A program made the position numbers and the translations under genes. From an uncultured archaeon (GTDB taxonomy: Archaea; Aenigmatarchaeota; Aenigmatarchaeia; QMZP01; JACQNV01), in the NCBI GenBank assembly GCA_964631205.1, contig CAZVWU010000005.1, forward strand, positions 19,711 through 83,710: DNA of 64,000 bases, given 5' to 3'. Below, piece by piece: positions 19,001-27,587 of the stretch (positions within the stretch are counted from its first letter, which is position 1; the number at the start of each line of letters is the position of its first letter). The notes under the pieces are model-generated. The model worked only from the letters and a program-made list of their open reading frames with translations. It had not been told where the DNA came from and made no database searches.

Positions 19001-21345
19001 CCCTCAAGCAGGCCATCGTAGGTAGTTCCTGTTTTTACAAAACTAATAGATTTACCATCAATGCTCCCAGCATAACCAGTTGCACTAAAAATAGTTCCGC
19101 CTGGATATAATGCTGGAGGTGGAATAGCTTGAATGCCTTCTATATCACTTCCTTTTACTGTTTTTATCTGCCCATTCCTTAAAACTCTAAAAGTGTTCTC
19201 ACCTGCTTTACTATTAGTGCCAACTTTGTCTATAAGCGTGGCCGGACCGCCAGACTCAAAAATCCCTTCATCAACTGTAACCTTTGTTCCAGGCGGCGGC
19301 GGATTATTTTCATCGAAGTTCCCAGCCGAACCAGGAAGATTCTCGTCATTTTGAGTCCATTCATACCAGCTCTTTACCCCGCCTGCAACGCTGCTGACAA
19401 TATCCGGGACGAAATCCTTTACCAGACCTACAATTGCCAGCCCTCCCACAATCAGAGACATCGTCGCCATTATCTTGGCATAGGTGACTGAGGTTTTGAC
19501 TATCTCGACGCATTCCTTGAGGATGTCTTTGGCATCGCCGACGCCAGCTTTGAGGTCGCTGAAGATGTCTCGGATTTCTTTTTCAGAAGTTTTTATTATT
19601 TCGTTCAGGCTTTTGACTGTCTGGGAGACTGAGATGTCCTGCAGGGTTGATTTTAGCTCGACTGATTTTTGGTTAGAGAGCCTGGCTTTTGCAAAAAGGA
19701 CGTTGTTCCTGATTGTGAAGTCGCCTTGCCTGCAGTCCTTAAACTTTTCCAGCTTGAACTCGCACTCTGTCCTTCCACCCGGAGCAGGCTTGCAGCCTGT
19801 GAGCGGTATGATTTTGTGGCCGAATGGTTTTCTCTCTTTTGGCCTTTTGAGCTTGGCGTCTTCAACAGCTTTCCTGCAGGCTTCCCTTGATTTTTCGTCT
19901 GACCTTATTTTGCTGCAGGTTTTTGTTTCCTGGGTCAGCAAAGCAACCTGCTGGAAACAGCTGTCCTTTATTTTGGCGTCGCTTATCCTATCGCATAAGG
20001 TGTGGTCCTGCAGGGACAGGGCTCCATTCGCAAAGCAGGCGTCCCTGTCTGGCTTGGCGCCTTTATCGCAGGTTGTTATGACATCGCTCCTTGTTGCCAA
20101 CGATTCAGTGTCCCTGTCCAGCTCAACCCAAACTTCATCAACCTGAGTCCCTGTTGGCACGCTTATAAGTTCATAAGTAAGCTTTGTCGGGTGCCTCCTT
20201 TCGCATGAAGTAAATTCAGTCTCTTCAAACCTCCCTACTATCCCTGTTTTTGTTTTGTCTATGCACAGGCCCGGGTCATTTTTGTTGTTCGCGTCAAAAC
20301 TGCATACCAGGTTAGGCTCACCACAACCGTCTGAAAAATCACGGCAGCAGTTCTCCCTTGTCTCGCCTGCATCCAGGTCAGGGACCCCATTCCCGCAATC
20401 AAGCTTTGGCTTTGGCGCAATTGTAAAAGGGTTCCCTATAAGATTGACTGTTGACGGGAAAACCAGCCCATACTCCTTTAAAATCTTTTCTGTGTCGACG
20501 AATCCTTCCCTATCTGTTTTCCTGACATCAAATTTTTCAGGCGTGTCTGCCTGGTCAATCCCGGATATATGGAGGCTTGCAATCTGCGAATTCGGGTCCT
20601 GGTTGATTTTGTTTGGTATTACCCTTGAAACCCAGCCTTTTGGGATGACATTTTTATTTTTTATAAAGTCTGCAGTCAGGTTGAGGAGCTTTGAATCAGA
20701 CAAGACCACATCCACACTGTCCAATTCATTATCCTGCAATATTTCCCAGTCGCTCTGGGAATTCCCTATACCATGCCTTTTTATGACGTCCCAATATCCA
20801 AACCACTGCCTTTTGCCTGCTATTTCCAATGTGGCGAATGTCAGCAGCCTTGCTTCCTGCTGGCCGAAATTAAGGGTGCCAACATCTTTTGCATTCGATA
20901 TGTCAAGCCAGTTTGCCTGGTAGTCAACAAAGGTCGAGAATTTAATTGCAGACTTCTTGTTTGCCTGGACTGACCGGATGCAGTCTGTTGGGTCCTGCAG
21001 CTTGAATTTTTCATCTATGCAGGGGATTATGTAAACATCATTTATCAGGACGCTTGGCTGGGAATTTATTTTAATCCCGATTGAAGTGAACTCCGGCTCC
21101 CATTGCCCTTGGACAGGGCTTTTGTCTTCAACTTTTATCTGCTTATTGACCAAGCTCGAAGGCGCTCCCAAGGAAACTGGAGTCGGCGGCTGCAACCTTG
21201 TTGATCCATCTGGCGCAAAGAAATTCACCTGGATTACTGTTGCAAAAGACTGGGCAGTTGAGAGCGGCAAGGTCAGCATCAAATAGATAGAGAAGACTAC
21301 AGCTGACAAAAATGCATTTTGCTTGCTAAAGATTTTTGCTTTCAT
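16090..21345 (-). CDS. Giant secreted/membrane protein (about 1750 aa) with internal hydrophobic segments and Cys-rich modules
   Basis: Start chosen at MKAKIFSKQNAFLSAVVFSIYLMLTLPLSTAQS (signal peptide). The track start at 21372 is also possible. CGNGVPDLDAGETRENCC Cys-rich motif and an internal TM-like stretch IMATMSLIVGGLAIVGLV. Convergent with 15119..16087 (3-nt gap). Confidence 0.8.
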   Translation of the reverse strand: MKAKIFSKQNAFLSAVVFSIYLMLTLPLSTAQSFATVIQVNFFAPDGSTRLQPPTPVSLGAPSSLVNKQIKVEDKSPVQGQWEPEFTSIGIKINSQPSVLINDVYIIPCIDEKFKLQDPTDCIRSVQANKKSAIKFSTFVDYQANWLDISNAKDVGTLNFGQQEARLLTFATLEIAGKRQWFGYWDVIKRHGIGNSQSDWEILQDNELDSVDVVLSDSKLLNLTADFIKNKNVIPKGWVSRVIPNKINQDPNSQIASLHISGIDQADTPEKFDVRKTDREGFVDTEKILKEYGLVFPSTVNLIGNPFTIAPKPKLDCGNGVPDLDAGETRENCCRDFSDGCGEPNLVCSFDANNKNDPGLCIDKTKTGIVGRFEETEFTSCERRHPTKLTYELISVPTGTQVDEVWVELDRDTESLATRSDVITTCDKGAKPDRDACFANGALSLQDHTLCDRISDAKIKDSCFQQVALLTQETKTCSKIRSDEKSREACRKAVEDAKLKRPKERKPFGHKIIPLTGCKPAPGGRTECEFKLEKFKDCRQGDFTIRNNVLFAKARLSNQKSVELKSTLQDISVSQTVKSLNEIIKTSEKEIRDIFSDLKAGVGDAKDILKECVEIVKTSVTYAKIMATMSLIVGGLAIVGLVKDFVPDIVSSVAGGVKSWYEWTQNDENLPGSAGNFDENNPPPPGTKVTVDEGIFESGGPATLIDKVGTNSKAGENTFRVLRNGQIKTVKGSDIEGIQAIPPPALYPGGTIFSATGYAGSIDGKSISFVKTGTTYDGLLEGHILSVDGEQNQYADDLVRIDPNKANLRATKLPQSAFHPQVISGLTPGTVTGIGDPKNPEARGNPITIINNAANQANDKGQNTAFTAIGAFLQGIGQLTTAGLAVCKVAETMMSIHTQMAKALTEIQSFMLCMDINIHNIGDGLCNGADPENPQQAGQAALNCVAQFTSCNNQYLGAASNTLQGLNNYVDQRTTDFQNYANQYRKIGFSMTAKNTQTGQNFERTNEACGQDQVIFELENGNNFVCGGNWDIKYRKQASGVTDALRTAVNNIDVRATNLETSYAVELRRIDRELEKPDYLGDKNALQNQKKKTLEGIESLAFEIQSQASRLADPNDKTITASAAVKNAAAQIEVEAKSIKDEIGKDTLTDIKLTQHTNIIKSKTSLILTGIKDATAEPRSLKQLLGLTAGPSSPQNAPAIFNIGDPADGEYVFEYDCPKLTQRESLTVTYRQDCSQLPGRNIAANIGQPLEGCPEEGKLWLVPSKELGVAIHGIRVDSTKSELTRTCEYRVNQKEAIVMLSNKKIQGEAVELENCLVEYGKKADYVGGAFSTGKSKRIVLKPDDAEAKIPDLDQGTYVVKYTCIPKSGDPEKRKIELDVDFGYSKADVSRSDTTKIGKSVFRNLKSATKIADLSPGDVMYFADTTKHPNAATIKNREQLKEGVLIAFSETGARPLAIENKNLKLSDPSISDIIDSIIIEEAVHPNTKTVGEFIGKKTGTVKFKQDSLSRGKFDSGVYSSLPFRVVSIQKEKGPDGKPTDNLIIKFKNDATNYEFELIREKTAQLIKDNINDLNSKSSSNTFAELQNNMIITFFPGHVKAAGNEKLRQNSDLTIKQATPIKDMLRLHFTDQSFEDFKNEATLEDEKIKEVKREIKVPHITVFDENFDGTKLSFKVKVENGEEHAEALLAIDNTDAKQKAIINNGRAELLVERESVTAGTSYKIKVKLEMGGIQGDVESNEVTVIAVPKSKPK

Positions 21346-21359
21346 ATGTTGGTTTATTC

Positions 21360-23444
21360 CTAAACAACACAACTTTTTATGGTAGTTGAATTGACTGGCA
21401 CGAAACTAAGCGGCAGCGAGACCCCCACCTGGTTGCCGCACTCGACAGTGACATTGATCAATTTAAGCCTTATTTGGGCTGAGGCAACCACGTTTTCTTC
21501 GATGACCCGCTGGTTTTCTGTGTCAGCTGCTTTTTGGTTTTTGACCTCAACAGGATCGTCTGGATCTACAGGGTTTGGCAGGGGCTTGTAAGGATAGCCT
21601 TCTGTCAAAACAGGGTTGTAGAACCACAGGTCTGTTGTCCCCTCTGGTATTTTCCCGGCAGCATCAAAGCCGCCGAGTATAGAATCTCCTTTTTGGACGA
21701 CTGTTGTTAAAGCGACATCCTCGAGGGTTGGGATTAAATTTGTAGTAAGCTCTTGGTCGCTTGTCTTCACAAAGAACGGCGCTGTTTCTCCGCCATATCC
21801 TATTGACAGTGTAAAGCTCTCTGAATTTGGCCTGACATCAGCAACAGTATAAACCCCTGCCCTTTCCACCATTTCCATGTTGAAGATATGGATTTTAACC
21901 AGGCTTAATCTTGCGAGCCTTATTGTTTTATCCTTGACTGAATCTGAGCTGGAAACCTCCTTGAACAGCTTGTGGTCTTTCTCAGTTATCTCCAGCTGGC
22001 TGATCCCGCAAGGGACAAGCGCTTCCAGGACGCCTTCGCTGTCTGTTTTCCCAAGCGGGCAATAAGAGTAGAAAACGTCCGCATCTGCCACAGCCCCTGC
22101 AGCATCCACGGCAGTTATTTTTGCAGGGCACCTTCCGACTGTGCACCTTTTGACTTCTTCATCAAAGAACCCTAACGTCAGGCCCAAGTCCTTCCAGTCA
22201 CCTGGCTTATACCCGTTCACAAATGTATGGAATGCAAATTTGAGTTTTAGATCTTCATCCCCAACTTCTGCCACAACAGGGAACAGCAAGAAGTATGAAA
22301 TCCTATAAGGTGGCGAGACGCAAAGGGTTGTATACCCAAAGTTTTCTGTCCTTATAATGACACGCCCTGGATCTTCGCCATTGTTCTGGAAAACCTGGAA
22401 GGACTTTTCGTCCAGCTCGTTTCCCAAAGAAAATTTCACATCAAGGTTTGTAAATACCGGCAATACTCCAGGCAGATAAGATGTCCTGTTAGTTATGCCC
22501 TTTGGGACCTTGCCAGCAGTATAGATGTTGTCGAGAGTGCCGGCTATCAGATCCTCGACATCAGGCTTTAGGCTGAACCAAGTCTTTACAATAGGAGGTG
22601 TCCCGCAACCTGTAAGGATCCCCTCGCTGGGTATTTTTGGCCTGCCAAATTCATCTGATTCTCGGTAGGCGCGTATTGAGTTTATTATAAACCTCTCAAA
22701 CAACCTGTTCTCTTCAACCCCGCTAACCCTATTCACAGGCTCGCCATCTTCATCGTAACCTGTGATCTGCAGCTCTTTTTTCTGGCTCTTCTCTATAAGC
22801 TCATTCCCAAAATTTATTGCCTTTCCAAGGCTCGAAGGGATTTTTACTTCTATAGGCTTGCCAAAGTCATAGCCCTCCACAGACACTGGCAGATCGATTT
22901 TTAACTGGACATCATTATCATTGATTTTAACTTCTACGCTCCGCGGGCTCCCTATCGAAACATCTTTTCCCTTTACACTTTGGTAGGACTTTGGGTCTAT
23001 TCCCTTTAAAGATTCTTTTAACCCGGCTGAAAGGGTTGCCTCAAAATCCGCCCTTGTCCTAGTTATGGTAGTGTTCCCGTACTGCCAGAATACAACTTTA
23101 TTTCCCAGATAATCAAGCGCGGGGGGCTTTGGATCAGAGTCGAGATCGAGATAGCCGCCGTTTTGGGCGATTTTCCTTATCAGCTGTGTTGCATCAGAAG
23201 AGATTCTTCGCTGGATGTCAGAGTTTAAGGAATTTTTCAGCGCAGAAACAGACTCAGGCTCTGGAGGCAGCAAGCTTATTGTTTTGGTTGCAAAGAGAAC
23301 CCCCACAACAGCAACAACCACTATACCTAATACAATTATAATTTCTGCCTGGCCTTTCAGCCCTTTTCTTCCCGAAGAAAAGTGTTGAGATCCCAAAAGA
23401 AGGGGGTTACCTATGCTGTTTTGTTTATTATTCCGGCCTTTCAT
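21360..23444 (-). CDS. Giant protein with a class III (pilin-like) signal peptide. Paralog of 8840..11548.
   Basis: ...GRKGLKGQAEIIIVLGIVVVAVVGVLF. N-terminal ~80 aa align with the 902-aa protein. Start chosen at MKGRNNKQ. The track start at 23480 is 36 nt further upstream and also possible. Confidence 0.75.
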   Translation of the reverse strand: MKGRNNKQNSIGNPLLLGSQHFSSGRKGLKGQAEIIIVLGIVVVAVVGVLFATKTISLLPPEPESVSALKNSLNSDIQRRISSDATQLIRKIAQNGGYLDLDSDPKPPALDYLGNKVVFWQYGNTTITRTRADFEATLSAGLKESLKGIDPKSYQSVKGKDVSIGSPRSVEVKINDNDVQLKIDLPVSVEGYDFGKPIEVKIPSSLGKAINFGNELIEKSQKKELQITGYDEDGEPVNRVSGVEENRLFERFIINSIRAYRESDEFGRPKIPSEGILTGCGTPPIVKTWFSLKPDVEDLIAGTLDNIYTAGKVPKGITNRTSYLPGVLPVFTNLDVKFSLGNELDEKSFQVFQNNGEDPGRVIIRTENFGYTTLCVSPPYRISYFLLFPVVAEVGDEDLKLKFAFHTFVNGYKPGDWKDLGLTLGFFDEEVKRCTVGRCPAKITAVDAAGAVADADVFYSYCPLGKTDSEGVLEALVPCGISQLEITEKDHKLFKEVSSSDSVKDKTIRLARLSLVKIHIFNMEMVERAGVYTVADVRPNSESFTLSIGYGGETAPFFVKTSDQELTTNLIPTLEDVALTTVVQKGDSILGGFDAAGKIPEGTTDLWFYNPVLTEGYPYKPLPNPVDPDDPVEVKNQKAADTENQRVIEENVVASAQIRLKLINVTVECGNQVGVSLPLSFVPVNSTTIKSCVV

Positions 23445-23484
23445 ATTCCTTGAGCTAGAAAAGAAAGAATTATTTTGCATATTT

Positions 23485-23576
23485 TTCTAGTGCAGGTCTT
23501 TTGGCTTCAGCTGGAAATAGGTTTTTGACCGATTTGATTAGAAGACCTATTTCGTCCATTTAGCCAAAGAAGTGCA
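23485..23576. repeat. Intergenic element copy A (TTCTAGTGCAGGTC ... long central region ... AAAGAAGTGCA)
   Basis: Conserved termini shared with copies B-F. Inner pairing GTCTTTTGGC / GCCAAAGAAG. Lies between the stop of 23632..24117 and the start of the 706-aa gene. Confidence 0.7.
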
Positions 23577-23631
23577 CACTATATAATTATCAGTTTTCTC
23601 TTATAAGCATGGATCTATAACAGTGTTATAT

Positions 23632-24117
23632 CTATTTCTCATAGACAATAAAAACAATATCAATGTCTTGCCCTCTTTTGGAGATTTTCTGGTTCACTTT
23701 ATATATGCCAGTCTTGTTTTCCAGGGCCTTGCTGAGTGGCGTGACAGTGTCTCCATATTTAAAGTAGTAGTCCAACTTCGGATCAAGTGTTTTTTGTATA
23801 TAGACATCAGTCAGCGCATCCGCTATCTCCTCGCACCTTGCATCACCGCATCTCCAGCTCGGGGTTGTCTGCGAGCAATAAAGGACATCGGCCACAGTCT
23901 TGCATTTTTCTATATCCCCTGAATAACCGCTGTCTGTCTTTAGAAGCGCTGTCACCAAGCTGTTTGCATGCAGTTTTATGTAGTCTTCCCCCCTAAAAAT
24001 GTCAGCAGTAGAGATAAGCAAAGCAATAGTGCCTATGCTTACCACAATAACCAGAACCAGAGTTATCAGCATTGTCTGCCCGTTCAGGCCTTTTCTGTTT
24101 GAAATTTCCGTTTTCAT
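23632..24117 (-). CDS. Small pilin-like protein with a class III signal peptide
   Basis: MKTEISNRKGLNGQTMLITLVLVIVVSIGTIALLI. 161 aa. Confidence 0.7.
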   Translation of the reverse strand: MKTEISNRKGLNGQTMLITLVLVIVVSIGTIALLISTADIFRGEDYIKLHANSLVTALLKTDSGYSGDIEKCKTVADVLYCSQTTPSWRCGDARCEEIADALTDVYIQKTLDPKLDYYFKYGDTVTPLSKALENKTGIYKVNQKISKRGQDIDIVFIVYEK

Positions 24118-24135
24118 ATACTTCGTCTATTCACC

Positions 24136-24714
24136 TTAGGTTGGCACCCTGACTGTCATGAGGCCGAGATCGACCCTGTTTTCTATCGATCGGAATATAT
24201 TAACAGGTATTGATAAACCCCTGTTTTTTTTAGACTGTATGCTAAAGCAGATTTCTCTGCAGAATGTCCAGCTATTGCATCCTTTTTCCTGGCCAAAATT
24301 CAGCGGATCGCAATCGTTCTTTTCTTCGCCTAAAATAATTTTGTCAATTGTTACACATGCATCGCCGACAAGTTTTTTTATTTGCTCGCAGCCCTCCTTG
24401 TCATAAGGGCCTGTAAATGTGACTAGCTTTGAATCATCGAATATAAATTCCTCCTTTGTGAGAAAGCTTGCTTTGGCTACAAGGCTCGATGCTAACAGGA
24501 TTTTATGAATGTCCTCCTTGAAACTGGCTCCCTTGGATTTTGTTGACTCAAAACCAATAAAAAAGAAAAGCGCTGCTACAACAACCATCAGTATAAGGAC
24601 GGCCATCAGGAGATGCTCCATTATGCCGAACTGGCCCTTCAATTTTGAGGGAGGGGTGGGAACCGCAGGTTTCCACATGCCGAATTGTCCGCTTATTTTT
24701 TTTAAAAAAACCAT
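24136..24714 (-). CDS. Pilin-like protein with a class III-type signal
   Basis: ...PSKLKGQFGIMEHLLMAVLILMVVVAALFFFIGF. Internal N-terminal duplication KISGQFGMWKP / KLKGQFGIMEH. The start is uncertain. Confidence 0.6.
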   Translation of the reverse strand: MVFLKKISGQFGMWKPAVPTPPSKLKGQFGIMEHLLMAVLILMVVVAALFFFIGFESTKSKGASFKEDIHKILLASSLVAKASFLTKEEFIFDDSKLVTFTGPYDKEGCEQIKKLVGDACVTIDKIILGEEKNDCDPLNFGQEKGCNSWTFCREICFSIQSKKNRGLSIPVNIFRSIENRVDLGLMTVRVPT

Positions 24715-24786
24715 ACTTATATTTGGCTTTCCGTAAATATATTGTCCAATATTTGCAAAAGGCTTATAAAGCTTGGTGGCAATTTA

Positions 24787-25356
24787 ATGGATATGCTGAA
24801 AATAGGAGAAAAAGTTCCGGACTTTGAAACAGATGTATACCACAATGAACAGATTAGAAAAGTCAAGTCAGCAGACTTCAAAGGCAAATGGCTTGTCGTT
24901 ATGTTTTATCCAGCTGATTTCACTTTTGTATGTCCGACAGAGCTGGAGGAAGCTGCTTTGCTTTATGAGGAATTCAAGAAAGTCGGCGCAGAAATAATGA
25001 GCGTGAGCACAGATACAGGATATGTCCACAAGGCATGGCATGATGTCTCGCCTGCAATTAAAAAAATAAAATATCCCATGGCCGCAGACCCCACCGGAAA
25101 ATTGAGCAGGATGTTTGGGACCTACATGGAAGACACTGGCCTTGCGCTCAGGGGAACATTCATAATTGATCCGAATGGAGTTCTGAAAGCATATGAAATG
25201 CATGACCTGAGCATTGGAAGAAGCGCAGAAGAGACGCTGAGAAAATTGCAGGCTGCAAAATTTGTTGCTGAGAATGCAGGGCAGGTTTGCCCAGCTAACT
25301 GGAAGCCCGGGAAAAGCACATTGAAACCGGGATTGGATTTGGTGGGGAAGATATAG
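24787..25356 (+). CDS. Peroxiredoxin (typical 2-Cys Prx/AhpC family)
   Basis: Peroxidatic Cys in FTFVCPTE and resolving Cys in GQVCPANWKPG. Start moved to MDMLKIGEK, because the track's TTG start would include the TATA box. Confidence 0.9.
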   Translation: MDMLKIGEKVPDFETDVYHNEQIRKVKSADFKGKWLVVMFYPADFTFVCPTELEEAALLYEEFKKVGAEIMSVSTDTGYVHKAWHDVSPAIKKIKYPMAADPTGKLSRMFGTYMEDTGLALRGTFIIDPNGVLKAYEMHDLSIGRSAEETLRKLQAAKFVAENAGQVCPANWKPGKSTLKPGLDLVGKI

Positions 25357-25385
25357 AAAATTCTTTTTAGGGCAAAGAAGGAAAA

Positions 25386-25979
25386 GTGATTTATATGCAA
25401 TTCGAACCGAAAAATTTTGAGAGTTTGTTGGGTACTGCGGGATTTTCAGACATTCTTCTAAAAAACCATTTCACACTTTACCAAGGATATGTGACGAATA
25501 CGAACAAGCTGGCTGATGACTTAGCTGCTTCATTGAAAGCTGGCTGGGCAGGAACCCCCGGATATTCTGAACTGAAAAGGAGGTTTGGCTGGGAGTTTAA
25601 TGGGATGAGGTTGCATGAGCTGTATTTTGGGAATATGGTTAAGGGAGGCTCGCCTGTTGATAAAAATTCCCATCTGTTCAAAAAAATCGTGGAAGATTTC
25701 GGCTCATGGGAAAACTGGGAAAAAGATTTCAAGTCAACAGGTTCGATGCGCGGGATTGGGTGGACAATACTTTATTTTGACAAAAATTCCAACAGATTAT
25801 TCAATGTATGGGTGAATGAGCATGACTTTGGGCATCTTGCAGGATGCGTTCCGTTGCTGGTTCTTGATGTTTTCGAGCACGCATATATGATTGATTATGG
25901 ATTGAAAAAAGCGGATTATATTGAGGCTTTCTTTAAGGCGATTGATTGGAAGGCTGTGTCTGAAAGATTTAATTTGTAA
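25386..25979 (+). CDS. sod: Fe/Mn superoxide dismutase family protein
   Basis: C-terminal D-x-F-E-H-A-Y (LDVFEHAYMIDYG) and an N-terminal H...YVTNTNKL block match the Fe/Mn SOD fold. Some canonical His positions look diverged. Confidence 0.75.
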   Translation: MIYMQFEPKNFESLLGTAGFSDILLKNHFTLYQGYVTNTNKLADDLAASLKAGWAGTPGYSELKRRFGWEFNGMRLHELYFGNMVKGGSPVDKNSHLFKKIVEDFGSWENWEKDFKSTGSMRGIGWTILYFDKNSNRLFNVWVNEHDFGHLAGCVPLLVLDVFEHAYMIDYGLKKADYIEAFFKAIDWKAVSERFNL

Positions 25980-25980
25980 A

Positions 25981-27459
25981 TTATTTTATATCGAGATTTT
26001 CGAGTTTATTTTTCTCAAAATCGAAAATCCTCACAAGGTGGTTGTTTGTGTCTGTAATATATAATTTTCCGTCCAGATATTTGACATCAGAAGGTTCCCA
26101 CAATCCAAGCACCTTGCACTCTTCATCACCAATCATGCAAACATTTGCCTCGATTTTTTTGATTACTGTGGAAACTTCCATTTTTTCCAAATCTATTTTC
26201 CTAATTGCATTATTGTAAGTGTCAGCAACATACAAAACGTTTTTGCCGCCTGCGCAAATCCCCAAAGGATGCTGGAAGAGAGCTTGTTTTGCAGGCCCGT
26301 CTTTGAATCCAAACTCAAACAGGCCCTTTCCGCTGACTGTTGAAACAAAATTATTTTTAATGTCTATTTTCCTTATCCCAGAAACTTCGCTGTCCGCCAT
26401 AAAAATATTTCCATCTAAAACAGCCAGGCCGGAAGGCTGCGCGAAAGAGGAATCTGATAACGTCCCGTCAATAATATCTTCCCTGCCGTCCCCTGCAAAA
26501 GGCCTGATAAAATCCGATTTTGGGTCAAAGACCCAGAGCTGGTGGGCTCCGGCCATTGCAATATAAATCATCCCATTCCTTCCAGCCAAATCCCATGGAG
26601 AGGATAAATCTGTCTCCTCCCCTTTTCCGCCAGCAGATCCCCAATAAGCTTGTTTGCCTGTCCCAGCAACAGTTTTTACTTTTTTATTTTTTAAATCTAT
26701 TAACCGGATGCAGTGGTTTTCTGTGTCTGCGACAAATATTTTATTTTCAAGGAATAATACTCCCTGCGGCCTGTTAAATTCCGCGTCTGAAAAATTTCCG
26801 TCTTTCATTCCCTTTTTTCCTGAGCCTGCTTCTTCAACAACTTTGCCTTTCAGGTCAACAACCAGAATTTTATTCCTGTTTGAATTGCTTAAGGCAAAAT
26901 ATTTTTTGCCAGGGGAAAACGAAAGTTTGCCTGGATAAGAAAGGGTTGGCTTATTTTTATTTTCCGGGATTTTTATTTCGATCTTCTTTTTTGCCAAAAT
27001 ATTTTTTTGGTCCTCCAGAATTGTGTCCACAAGCTCTATAATTTCATCCCTGTGGCCTTCGCCTGATGTTTTGAATATAATGTTTCCTTTTGTGTCAATT
27101 ACTGCTAAAGTCGGCCAGCCAGTAGCTTGATATTCATTCCACATTCTCATTTCTTTGTCCACAATTACCGGGTGTTTTATCTCATAACGAAGAATTGCCT
27201 GCCATATATTTTTTGGGTCAGCTTCCTGCTCAAATTTTGCAGAATGGACACCTATCACAACCACAGGCTGTTTTTTGTATTTTTCCTCGATATGCTCGAG
27301 ATCAGGCAGAATGTGCATGCAGTTTATGCAGCAATATGTCCAGAAATCAAGAATTATAACATGGCCTTTTAATTTCTCTAAAGACAGAGGTCTGTCTGTG
27401 TTTAGCCATCTGAAATTTTTTGGGAATTCCGGAGCTTTGGATATTTTATTCAGAAACAT
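25981..27459 (-). CDS. Thioredoxin-like (CxxC) domain fused to an NHL-repeat beta-propeller (NHLRC2-like)
   Basis: FWTYCCINCMH thioredoxin/TlpA-like motif. C-terminal repeated NHL blocks (LYVADTYNNAIRKIDL, IFMADSEVSGIRKIDI, LYITDTNNHLVRIFDF). Confidence 0.85.
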   Translation of the reverse strand: MFLNKISKAPEFPKNFRWLNTDRPLSLEKLKGHVIILDFWTYCCINCMHILPDLEHIEEKYKKQPVVVIGVHSAKFEQEADPKNIWQAILRYEIKHPVIVDKEMRMWNEYQATGWPTLAVIDTKGNIIFKTSGEGHRDEIIELVDTILEDQKNILAKKKIEIKIPENKNKPTLSYPGKLSFSPGKKYFALSNSNRNKILVVDLKGKVVEEAGSGKKGMKDGNFSDAEFNRPQGVLFLENKIFVADTENHCIRLIDLKNKKVKTVAGTGKQAYWGSAGGKGEETDLSSPWDLAGRNGMIYIAMAGAHQLWVFDPKSDFIRPFAGDGREDIIDGTLSDSSFAQPSGLAVLDGNIFMADSEVSGIRKIDIKNNFVSTVSGKGLFEFGFKDGPAKQALFQHPLGICAGGKNVLYVADTYNNAIRKIDLEKMEVSTVIKKIEANVCMIGDEECKVLGLWEPSDVKYLDGKLYITDTNNHLVRIFDFEKNKLENLDIK

Positions 27460-27477
27460 ATGTATATGTTTTCTTTT

Positions 27478-27520
27478 GGGTTATAAGGCTTTTCTTTTAC
27501 AAAAGAAAAGGGTATAAATT
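27478..27520 (-). promoter_or_regulatory. Promoter module of the thioredoxin-NHL gene: TATA-like boxes flanking a 10-bp inverted repeat (CTTTTCTTTT-ac-AAAAGAAAAG)
   Basis: Minus-strand reading TTTATACCC-hairpin-CCTTATAACCCAAAAGAAAAC, then about 8 nt, then ATG. The same architecture recurs at 29995..30030 upstream of the pilin-like gene 29404..29970. Confidence 0.5.
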
Positions 27521-27587
27521 CAGCCATTCAAAATCCTCCGGGAACTCTGGAGCTTTTTTTAATTTTTCAAAAAATCCAGACATAGAA

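Noticed and set aside
8805-23420. Shared 12-mer AAAAGGGCTGA between the coding sequence for the class III signal (RKGLKGQ) in both giant pilin-like genes (about 11480 and 23395) and the hairpins at 8805..8827 and 36268..36284
   Set aside because: This could hint that the hairpins are decayed remnants of pilin-gene 5' ends. However, a 12-mer match with a purine-rich codon context (AAA-GGG-CTG) may be coincidental, and there is no extended similarity beyond it.
24742-24786. Track start (TTG) for the peroxiredoxin ORF
   Set aside because: It would place the CTTATAAAG TATA box inside the coding region. The downstream ATG (MDMLKIGEK, 24787) fits a leaderless or short-leader archaeal start.
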